Positions 24,927 through 32,434 of a stretch of DNA of 47,634 nt are shown here, piece after piece. Source of the stretch: Eubacteriales bacterium (GTDB lineage: Bacteria; Bacillota; Clostridia; Christensenellales; Aristaeellaceae). The stretch is taken from positions 1 through 47,634 of the forward strand of contig JAVBUY010000188.1 of assembly GCA_031554855.1 (NCBI GenBank), in the 5' to 3' direction. Every line of letters begins with the position of its first letter. Within the stretch, counting starts at the first letter, position 1. A model generated the notes under the pieces. The model had not been told where the DNA came from. It saw only the letters and a program-made list of their open reading frames with translations, and made no database searches. The translations under genes and the position numbers were made by a program.

Positions 24927-25457
24927 CTAGCCCTTTGCTCGGGCTTTTGCTGCTACCTCATTTTCGGGCTTTTTCTGCGCCAGCAGCGCCTCAGCCGCCA
25001 TGCGCTGCGCACTGGCTTGGATCGCACAATCTAACGCAGAAGCCTCGCCTTTATTTAGCGCCTGGCTGACACGCCGCAGTCCCGCCGGATACTGCGCGCA
25101 AAAGGCTTCATAGCACGCGCGGATGCCCTGCGCTTCGTTGGGCAATAACCGTCGGATAGCGTCCATGGGCAGCACCGATTTCAGCGCACAGAGAATGAGC
25201 AGCGCTGCTACGTGCTCGCGATCGTATTTTTTGCCGCTGGGTCTGGGCACAATGCCCTGTTTGACATAGTTATTGACCATCGCGGCGGTTATGGCTTTTT
25301 CGGTCGGTTTTTCCGGCAGCAGTGGCGCCAATTGCCGCTCGACATACGTAACGACTTGATCCATATAAAGGCCCAAATCGGGCAATGTATCCCAATCAGG
25401 CGGCTGATATGCGGCCATGCGCGCAGCTAGCGTGGCTGCGTATGTGTTGACTTGCAT
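24927..25457 (-). CDS. DUF1836 domain protein (possible HTH-type regulator)
   Basis: ITAAMVNNYVKQGIVPRPSGKKYDREHVAALLILCALKSVLPMDAIRRLL matches the DUF1836 signature as I recall it. ATG 25457 is 6 nt after GGGGGA. Confidence 0.65.
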   Translation of the reverse strand: MQVNTYAATLAARMAAYQPPDWDTLPDLGLYMDQVVTYVERQLAPLLPEKPTEKAITAAMVNNYVKQGIVPRPSGKKYDREHVAALLILCALKSVLPMDAIRRLLPNEAQGIRACYEAFCAQYPAGLRRVSQALNKGEASALDCAIQASAQRMAAEALLAQKKPENEVAAKARAKG

Positions 25458-25577
25458 AGTGCTTCCCCCATATTTCCAGAGTGAATTCATGTTTTCTGCA
25501 TACAGTATAGCATGACGCTTTCATAGCATCAATAAATGTTTTCAAAAACCTATTGACGAATTGATTAAAACAATGTA

Positions 25578-25598
25578 ATCTAGTATTAAATACTAGAT
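25578..25598. promoter_or_regulatory. Perfect 10-1-10 palindrome ATCTAGTATT-A-AATACTAGAT (candidate operator)
   Basis: Read directly. It overlaps the candidate -10 elements downstream of TTGACG (25553-25558) in the DUF1836/SGNH divergent intergenic region. Confidence 0.5.
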
Positions 25599-25625
25599 AA
25601 AGCCAAGAGAAGCGGAGGGATGCGC

Positions 25626-26291
25626 ATGGCGGGCATTCATATTTGGGGAGATTCAATCCTCAAAGGCGTTGTGTTTGACGAGCTAAAAAACCGCTACCTG
25701 ATTCTAAAAGAGAATTGTGTGCGGCAGTTGGCGGAGCATTCCCTTCTGCCCATCGAGAATCACGCGCGCATGGGCATGACTGCGCCGGAAGCGCTGGTCG
25801 AGCTGGAAAACTGCGGCATGCAACGAGGTGACATCGCACTGATTGAGTTCGGCGGCAATGATTGCGATCTGGACTGGCCGCTGGTTGCAGCCGATCCGAA
25901 TGCGGACATCGCTCCGCGCACAACGCTGGAGCAGTTCGCCGCCAGCCTAACCGAGTGGGTCCGCAGGCTGCGCACACTGGGCGTGCAACCGTTGCTGGTT
26001 GTGCCGCCGCCGCTGCATGCGCAACGCTATTTCGACTGGGTTACGCGCAATCTCTCGCGCGAGGCTGTGCTGGAGTTCCTCGGCGATGTGCAGCGCATCT
26101 ACCGCTGGCAGGAGCGATATGCGCTGGCGGTGTGCGACGTGGCCAGCGCGCTGGCCTGCCCGATCATCAACTTGCGCGACGCGTTTATCGACCGCAAGCA
26201 CTACGAACGGCTGTTGTGCATCGACGGCATCCATCCCAACGCGGAAGGACACGCCGTGATGCTACAGACGCTGACCGCCGCGCTGGCATAG
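25626..26291 (+). CDS. SGNH/GDSL-family hydrolase
   Basis: Block I HIWGDSI, block III GGNDCD and block V IDGIHPNAEGH. ATG 25626 is 7 nt after GGAGGG. Confidence 0.8.
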   Translation: MAGIHIWGDSILKGVVFDELKNRYLILKENCVRQLAEHSLLPIENHARMGMTAPEALVELENCGMQRGDIALIEFGGNDCDLDWPLVAADPNADIAPRTTLEQFAASLTEWVRRLRTLGVQPLLVVPPPLHAQRYFDWVTRNLSREAVLEFLGDVQRIYRWQERYALAVCDVASALACPIINLRDAFIDRKHYERLLCIDGIHPNAEGHAVMLQTLTAALA

Positions 26292-26310
26292 GGATAGAAA
26301 GATAAGCAAA

Positions 26311-26346
26311 CAACTCCTTCCGATGTTCGGGAGGAGTTGCTTTTTT
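26311..26346. terminator. Bidirectional terminator (SGNH hydrolase / large secreted protein convergent pair)
   Basis: CAACTCCTTCC-gatgttc-GGGAGGAGTTG followed by CTTTTTTG. Confidence 0.7.
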
Positions 26347-26353
26347 GTGCCCG

Positions 26354-29300
26354 CTATCTCGCCGCGCGCAGCGTCATGGTCGCGCGCTGTGCCAGCGCTT
26401 CACCAGTCAGGTTGCGCTGGATCTTGTCCTTGGGATTCTCGCCACCGACAAACAAACCGGTATCCCGTAATAGCAGCTGCAAATCGATTTTCATCGGCAC
26501 ATAATCGCGATCGTATACCGTGATGGCCTTGATGCTCTGGCGCTGCGTGATGCGCGGCAGATGCTTCACCTCGCCGATCTCGCGCGTGCCCGCAGGGGTC
26601 AGCGCGCTATACCCCAGCGCCGTGACGCGCGTGACCAGCCGCCCATCGGGCAAGAAGCTGATCATTTCGATGTTGCCACAGCGCTTGGCATCGTCGCACT
26701 GAAATACATCGCCGGTGGACAGGGTGATGCGCACCAGGCGCGCGTCGTACCAAATGGCCAAGAAGTTGCCGTCGGAGCTGATCGCTACGTCGCGTGCACC
26801 ATGCGTATTGGGCACGCGATAGGCCTGCATGCGCGCAGTGTCGATCAAATATGCGTCCTTGCGCAGCGCACCGCCGTACCCGTCTGTGTCGTATAGCAGC
26901 GCCAGGCTGCCGTCGCCGCAAGTGGTCAGCGTGCGCTCGCCGCCCTTGCCGAGGGAGCGCATCTCCAGCGCATACAGCGACAGCGCGTCGGATACTTCGA
27001 CCTTTCCGCCGAGGCTCATGCGCGCGGTAAAGACCGCATTGCTGTTGATGCACACCATTTGGTTGCTGTCCGCCGCCATCCAGGCTACCGTAGTAGACGA
27101 CTGCTTCCATCGGCGCTGTACATCGCCGCGATAGGCCTGCGGATTTTTCTCGGCAATCGGCGCGAGCAGACGGCCGTCCTTCACGAGTTTTTCGAGCATG
27201 TCGGCCGATCCGCTGCGCGTCAATACGCTGGCTTCCGGCGCGGTGTTCTTGTCGTTTGCGCTCAGGCCGAGGCGCACACTCAGCCCATCCCATAGGCCGT
27301 CGTCGTTGGTGTCGCGGTTGGCGGGGTTCAGATCCAGGCGGAATTCGGTCTGCGTGTACAGGCCGTCCATGTCATCGTCACGGGGCTTGAGATACCAGTC
27401 GGGATTGATCCGTTTGGGCTGGACTTCGCCAATGTAGCCAATCTCGAAGTCCGACAGGCTGACGTTGCCCATATGATCGGTGGCGACAAAAGCGTACCAG
27501 CCATCTTCAAAGAACGCGTAGGTAAAGGTGTCGCCGGACATGTCGCGCAGCGGGCAGACATCGAACGCTTCATACGTCAGGTTCCCAGTGTCGTCCTCGC
27601 CGGTGACGCGCGCAATCTCGACCTTCGCCACGCCGGAGGCGCGCTCCGGCGGCTTGGCATCCGGCCTCGGCAGATCGGTGATAGTGGCCCAAACTTCGAC
27701 CATCACCTCATTGACGCCATCGTCACGCGGCGGCGGATCGAATGTAAACGAACCTATGGTCGGCGGATAGGTATCAGGGTTCTTTACATGCGTGATGGTG
27801 ACCGGCACCGCCGGATCCGTCCGATTGCCCGCGCGGTCCTGCGCATATAAAGTATAGGTAGCATTCTCAAATACCTGAATTGCGTACGTATCGCCGGATT
27901 GGAGTTCACCCATGATGCGCAAACCGCCAGCGTCCTCGAGCCACACCTCGCCAACACCAGACTCTAGGTCGGTAACAGCAAAAGAAAGCTCAGCTGCATC
28001 CGCCCACTCGGGCGCTGGCGGTGACATTGTGATCGCGCCGATAACAGGCGGCGTGTCGTCCTGTGTGGCGCCGCCATCCAGGCCGGACACAACCGCCGTT
28101 GCGGTGGCGACATTGCCCTGCACATCCGTGACAGTGACTTGATACAGGCCGTTCACGTATACGGCCAGGACGAAGGCATCCTGGCTCACATCATAGGTGC
28201 AAGGACGCACTTTGGCGTCCGGCCCGGTGCCGGTGACCAGCCGAATGCCAGATACGGTCTCGGTGGCGTTGTTCAGCTCGGAATCCTGCGCCCGAATGGC
28301 CAGCATCGCGATCTGTGGCAAGGCGGGCGGCGTGGCGGCATTATACCGCACCTCGATGCCGAGGATCTCCGGCAGCGTGTGGTCATCGGCAAGTTTGATC
28401 ACCGCCTGTTGAGCCAGGATCGGCGCCATCATCAGGAAGTTCTCTCCCTCGCTGATCAATCGCTGCGCATGCAGCAGCGATTGATCCACCGGATCCGGGC
28501 TGGGCGCAGCGGTGGGCTCTGCGGTGACGGCAGACTCGACCGGTTCGGTTTCGGGCGACTCGGAAGCCGATGATTCCGGCACAGGGGTCGGCGTCCACGC
28601 AGGTGCCGTCGGGCTTTCTGCTTCAATAGAAGGAGGCTCAGCGAGCGGTGTCTCTGAAGGCTCGACAGTCTCCGTTATTGGTTCTAGCGTGGGTTCCGGC
28701 GTATCCGCTGGCGCATCGGACGGTTCAACAGGCTCAGCCGGCACGGGCTGCGCGCTTTCTTCCGGCTCTTCGGGGGGAGGCGGCGCAAAGACACCCGATA
28801 CGCATGGGATGCCATCTTCGACGCTGGAGCTATGCTCGGGCAGCAGCACTTCCTGCGCCCAGGCCGCTAGCAGACCTTCGGTCTCTTCTTCGGTGAGTGG
28901 GAAAAGATCTGTGCCGCAGACCATGCCCTCCACCAGCATGCCCGAGCTGTCGCGCACAGACACCGCAAACCAGTCGGGGATGTCCTCGTCTTCGTCTATT
29001 TCTTCATCGCGCGCAGGCACATAGGCGGTGCGCCCGGTTACCAGCACCAGTTCTTCCGCCGCGATGGGCAGAATTTCATAGGAAGTCCTGCGATCATGTG
29101 CCTTGGTGCGCAGCGCCGTACCGGTCAGTGCAAACGCATATCCCTGCGTGAAATCCGCAAATTCGTGTGCATTGGTCGGGTCAGAAAGTGGCGTTTGCAC
29201 GGGCGCGTCGGTCGGCGCCGATGCGGGCACGTCGGTCGGCGCCGATGTGGGCGCAGTCGTTGGGCGAGGCGTCTTGGTTGGTGCTAGCGTCTGTGGAGGC

Positions 29301-29587
29301 TCTTTGGTTGGCCGCGGGGTTTTCGCGGGCGGCGGCGTGGCCGGTTGGGTTGGTGCGTCGGTGGGCTCGGGCGGCTCCGGCGTGGTCGGCACATCGGTGG
29401 GGTCGATGGTCGGCTCGTCGGTGGGCACGGATGGCTCCGCCGTCTCGAGGATTTCCGGCAGGTCGGGCAAAAGCGCCTCCGTGAACGCTCCGGCTGCGTA
29501 AGATGGTTGCCACAAACACGCTATGCATACGCACAGCGCGATCATGCGCCGTCCCCTTCGCGATACTCTCCAGCCGCGTTTCTTCAT
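26354..29587 (-). CDS. Large secreted multidomain protein (P/T-rich linkers, three Ig-like modules, Ca-binding D-x-D-x-DG motif, C-terminal beta-propeller-like region)
   Basis: Signal peptide MKKRGWRVSRRGRRMIALCVCIACLWQPSYAAG. There are two Pro/Thr/Glu-rich low-complexity tracts. Three modules end Y.V.V.D.QGN, Y.L.A.D.AGN and Y.F.A.D.MGN. LDLNPANRDTNDDGLWDG is TSP3/dockerin-like. The C-terminus has VAISSDGNFLAIWY-type repeats. Function is unknown. Confidence 0.6.
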   Translation of the reverse strand: MKKRGWRVSRRGRRMIALCVCIACLWQPSYAAGAFTEALLPDLPEILETAEPSVPTDEPTIDPTDVPTTPEPPEPTDAPTQPATPPPAKTPRPTKEPPQTLAPTKTPRPTTAPTSAPTDVPASAPTDAPVQTPLSDPTNAHEFADFTQGYAFALTGTALRTKAHDRRTSYEILPIAAEELVLVTGRTAYVPARDEEIDEDEDIPDWFAVSVRDSSGMLVEGMVCGTDLFPLTEEETEGLLAAWAQEVLLPEHSSSVEDGIPCVSGVFAPPPPEEPEESAQPVPAEPVEPSDAPADTPEPTLEPITETVEPSETPLAEPPSIEAESPTAPAWTPTPVPESSASESPETEPVESAVTAEPTAAPSPDPVDQSLLHAQRLISEGENFLMMAPILAQQAVIKLADDHTLPEILGIEVRYNAATPPALPQIAMLAIRAQDSELNNATETVSGIRLVTGTGPDAKVRPCTYDVSQDAFVLAVYVNGLYQVTVTDVQGNVATATAVVSGLDGGATQDDTPPVIGAITMSPPAPEWADAAELSFAVTDLESGVGEVWLEDAGGLRIMGELQSGDTYAIQVFENATYTLYAQDRAGNRTDPAVPVTITHVKNPDTYPPTIGSFTFDPPPRDDGVNEVMVEVWATITDLPRPDAKPPERASGVAKVEIARVTGEDDTGNLTYEAFDVCPLRDMSGDTFTYAFFEDGWYAFVATDHMGNVSLSDFEIGYIGEVQPKRINPDWYLKPRDDDMDGLYTQTEFRLDLNPANRDTNDDGLWDGLSVRLGLSANDKNTAPEASVLTRSGSADMLEKLVKDGRLLAPIAEKNPQAYRGDVQRRWKQSSTTVAWMAADSNQMVCINSNAVFTARMSLGGKVEVSDALSLYALEMRSLGKGGERTLTTCGDGSLALLYDTDGYGGALRKDAYLIDTARMQAYRVPNTHGARDVAISSDGNFLAIWYDARLVRITLSTGDVFQCDDAKRCGNIEMISFLPDGRLVTRVTALGYSALTPAGTREIGEVKHLPRITQRQSIKAITVYDRDYVPMKIDLQLLLRDTGLFVGGENPKDKIQRNLTGEALAQRATMTLRAAR

Positions 29588-29780
29588 CCGAACCGCCCCC
29601 CACTCTATCCTTGTGCCGCGCATGTCGGCCCAAAACAGCCCAATGAGAGAGAAAACACCACATGGTGGATTCTCCCATCTTTAATCATACCATGTCTTGT
29701 ACATTCTGTATACGCCTATCCAACGCGCGGCATGCGGGTTTTCTTCCCGAAAGCGTATGCGAGGTCATGAAGGGCATAAA

Positions 29781-29889
29781 AAATCCCTCGCTCTGTTCGG
29801 CATGCCAGGCGGCTAAATCGCCGTTCACATCCCTTCGCGCCAATGGGCGAAGTACTGTGTGGTCATTCCGAAGCATCGCGAGAGATCTT
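29781..29889 (+). repeat. Family-2 palindromic element (imperfect inverted arms of about 27 bp around a central hairpin)
   Basis: The left arm AAATCCCTCGCTCTGTTCGGCATGCC pairs with the right arm GGTCATTCCGAAGCATCGCGAGAGATCTT (about 20 of 27 positions). The central hairpin is CTTCGC-gccaatgg-GCGAAG. Confidence 0.55.
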
Positions 29890-29906
29890 GTGGGCCGTGG
29901 CCGAGA

Positions 29907-30638
29907 CTATACCAGGCGGCTGTGCAACGCCACCAGTTCCTCGGTGGTCATCCCCTGTAGCGCCAGATAGCCCCACGCGTCGGTATACTGCGCGTGCAGC
30001 ACTTCCAGCGTCGCGCGCATGGTGTCCGGATAGGCGTGCAGCGCGTTCTCATACCGCTGTGGATCAATGCCCGGTGGGCAAATCTTCAGCAGGTGCTCTT
30101 TGCGCGGCGCGATGGCGGATTCCGTCAGCGCGTAGTCATCGATGATCTCCTGATCATCTGCACCAGCGAGCGACAAGAGCAGCATGGCCATCACGCCGGT
30201 GCGATCCTTGCCCGCGGTGCAATGAAACAGCACCGCGCCCTCATGCGCCAGAACAAAGCGAAATACATTGACCCAGACCGCGCCACAGTTGCTGAGCATA
30301 TAGGCATACAGCTTGCGCATATCAGCCAGCATCATGATCGACGCGACGTCTGTGGGCTGCACGCTGAGCGAGATATTGGCGTATGCCGCCCAGGGCACGT
30401 CGGCCAGCGGATGCGGCCGCACGTTGACTTCCTCCGCCGAGCGCAGGTCAATAACCGTATGGACGCCCAGCGCCTGGATAAACGCCACATCGGCGGGTGT
30501 CAGCGTGCAGGGGTCATCCATGCGAAAGAACGCGCGCGATTTGACCTGCCGGCCTCTTTGCAGCGGGATACCGCCCAAGTCGCGCAGGTTGTACGCGCCT
30601 TGCAGCGTGAGGGAACGATCCGGTGTGGCGTCAGTCAT
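29907..30638 (-). CDS. Protein-tyrosine phosphatase (Tyr_phosphatase_3-like, CX5R)
   Basis: P-loop HCTAGKDRTG and the N-terminal NLRDLGG motif typical of this bacterial PTP family. Confidence 0.85.
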   Translation of the reverse strand: MTDATPDRSLTLQGAYNLRDLGGIPLQRGRQVKSRAFFRMDDPCTLTPADVAFIQALGVHTVIDLRSAEEVNVRPHPLADVPWAAYANISLSVQPTDVASIMMLADMRKLYAYMLSNCGAVWVNVFRFVLAHEGAVLFHCTAGKDRTGVMAMLLLSLAGADDQEIIDDYALTESAIAPRKEHLLKICPPGIDPQRYENALHAYPDTMRATLEVLHAQYTDAWGYLALQGMTTEELVALHSRLV

Positions 30639-30725
30639 GCGGGTGCTCTCCTTGCTGTGCGCCGCAAACCGGACGGTCGGTTTTCTTGGCGAATTTTGTC
30701 TAGTAAACAGACTTTTGGTCGAATA

Positions 30726-31844
30726 TCAGACGTCGACAGGCAGCTCCGGCGCGGTAGCCGCCGCCCCGCTTCTGAACTCCAGCATCTTTTGCTTCAAGTC
30801 GCTCTCCAGGCGCACCAGTTCGGCCTCGGCGGCAATGCGCGCGGCGGAGCCTTCGGCCTGGATGCGCTGCACTTCCCCCAGTGTCTCGATCAGCGACTGA
30901 TTGGTGGTGCGGATGGTCTCGATATCGACCACGCCGCGCTCAGCCGCTTGCGCTGTCTGGATGGTGCCCTGCTTGAGCGCCTCGGCGTTTTTCTTGAGCA
31001 GCTCATTGGTGGCGTCGGTCACCGCCTGCTGCGCCTTGAGCGCGCGATCTGCGTGCGCCAAACCCAGCGCGATCACCATCTGGCTCTTCCACAGCGGGAT
31101 GGTATTGGCCAGTGTGGATTGGATCTTCTCGGCCAGCACACTGTCGTTGTTCTGCATCAGGCGCACCTGCGGCGCCATCTGGATGGACACCTGGCGGGTC
31201 AGCTTTAAGTCATGCACCTTTTTCTCCAGGCGATTAATCGAATCGGCAAAGTCGCGCGCGGCCTGTGCATCGGCCGCTTCGCCAGTCTCGTCGGCCTTCT
31301 TGAGCAGCGCGGGCAGCTCGATCTCACGCAGCGCTTTTACTTTCTCATCGCCCGCCGCGATGTATACATTGAGCTCGCGGAAATGGTTCTGGTTGAGTTC
31401 GTACATCTTCTCGAGCATGCCGATGTCATCGATCAGCTGGCCCTTGTGCTGATCCAGCGCATCGGTGATCGTGGTCACATTGGTCTCGACCTTGTCATAT
31501 TTGGCCTTCATGCTGGTCATCTGGCTGCTAGCGGACTGGAACCAGCCGAAGAAGCCCTTCTTGCGCTCCGCGCTCGCGTCAAAGCCCCTGAGCTGCGAAA
31601 CCAAGTTCGCCAGCATATCGCTGACTTCACCGGTGTCGCGCGTGCGCACATTGGCCAGCACTTCGTCGGAGAAGGACGCGATCTGCTGCTGCGCCTCGTT
31701 GCCAAAGCTGAGCACTTCCTCGGGCTTGCTAACGTCGATTGCGCCGGCGATTTCTTCCTTCTTCGCCAGCTCCTGCTTGTTCAGGTCGATCTTTTCTTCC
31801 ACATTCACCGGCGCGGCGGCGGGCACTTCTTTCTTCTCAGGCAT
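30726..31844 (-). CDS. TelA/YaaN-family toxic anion resistance protein
   Basis: 372-aa all-helical protein whose sequence runs along the TelA family (SFGNEAQQQIASFSDEVL...LEKMYELNQNHFRELNVYIAAG...QVRLMQNND). AGGAGG is upstream of the ATG. Confidence 0.8.
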   Translation of the reverse strand: MPEKKEVPAAAPVNVEEKIDLNKQELAKKEEIAGAIDVSKPEEVLSFGNEAQQQIASFSDEVLANVRTRDTGEVSDMLANLVSQLRGFDASAERKKGFFGWFQSASSQMTSMKAKYDKVETNVTTITDALDQHKGQLIDDIGMLEKMYELNQNHFRELNVYIAAGDEKVKALREIELPALLKKADETGEAADAQAARDFADSINRLEKKVHDLKLTRQVSIQMAPQVRLMQNNDSVLAEKIQSTLANTIPLWKSQMVIALGLAHADRALKAQQAVTDATNELLKKNAEALKQGTIQTAQAAERGVVDIETIRTTNQSLIETLGEVQRIQAEGSAARIAAEAELVRLESDLKQKMLEFRSGAAATAPELPVDV

Positions 31845-31895
31845 ATCTGTTTCCTCCTATTTATATAGCATCATTGGTGCATCGGTATTGATCTT

Positions 31896-31924
31896 ATCAT
31901 ACCCCAATTGCTTCCATGCGGCAA
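31896..31924 (-). promoter_or_regulatory. Candidate promoter of the TelA-PTP operon
   Basis: Minus strand: TTGCCG (31924-31919), a 17-nt spacer, then TATGAT (31901-31896). Confidence 0.4.
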
Positions 31925-32065
31925 CCCTCGGTTTTGACAAATCCGTGTTTCTCATGATTTTCTCATGCTGCTTTAGTGCTGTTCTTGTGCAGCGGGCAAA
32001 AACCTGTGCTATGATAGGAGCATCCCAAGGAACAAAATGCAATGGATTATATAGGAGGATGTCCC

Positions 32066-32296
32066 ATGTATCAGCCCTATTATGCGCCCGTGAGTCCCCG
32101 CAGCCGCTGGATCGCCGGACTGCTGTGCCTGTTCTTCGGCGTGCTAGGCGTGCACCGCTTCTATGTAGGCAAGGTCGGCACCGGCCTGATTTATCTGTTC
32201 ACCGGTGGCCTGTGCGGCATCGGCGCGCTGTATGATCTGTTCTGCATCTTGGTCGGCTGGTTCCGCGACGGCATGGGCCTGCCGCTGGTGTACTGA
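32066..32296 (+). CDS. TM2 domain-containing small membrane protein
   Basis: WIAGLLCLFFGVLGVHRFYVGKVGTGLIYLFTGGLCGIGALYDLF is the TM2 signature. ATG 32066 is 7 nt after GGAGG. Confidence 0.8.
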   Translation: MYQPYYAPVSPRSRWIAGLLCLFFGVLGVHRFYVGKVGTGLIYLFTGGLCGIGALYDLFCILVGWFRDGMGLPLVY

Positions 32297-32323
32297 TCGC
32301 GCGCGTCCCTTCCCCCCTTCTCT

Positions 32324-32347
32324 ACGGCGGCTCGTCCGCCGTTTTTT
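32324..32347 (+). terminator. Rho-independent terminator after the TM2 gene
   Basis: ACGGCGG-ctcgt-CCGCCGT followed by TTTTT. Confidence 0.7.
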
Positions 32348-32371
32348 AATACCTAAATATGTTGGCGCGAA

Positions 32372-32400
32372 TTGACAAAAACCGCGTTCTGTCGTACAGT
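32372..32400 (+). promoter_or_regulatory. Candidate promoter of the degenerate-GGDEF gene
   Basis: TTGACA (32372-32377), a 17-nt spacer, then TACAGT (32395-32400). Confidence 0.45.
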
Positions 32401-32434
32401 TAGAGGCGGGTTCAAAAGATAAAGGAGCGGATCA

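Noticed and set aside
29180-29300. Near-perfect 24-bp tandem duplication
   Set aside because: It is not a CRISPR or noncoding satellite. It encodes the P/T-rich linker (SAPTDVPASAPTDAP) of the large secreted protein, and it is reported only as a possible slippage tract.
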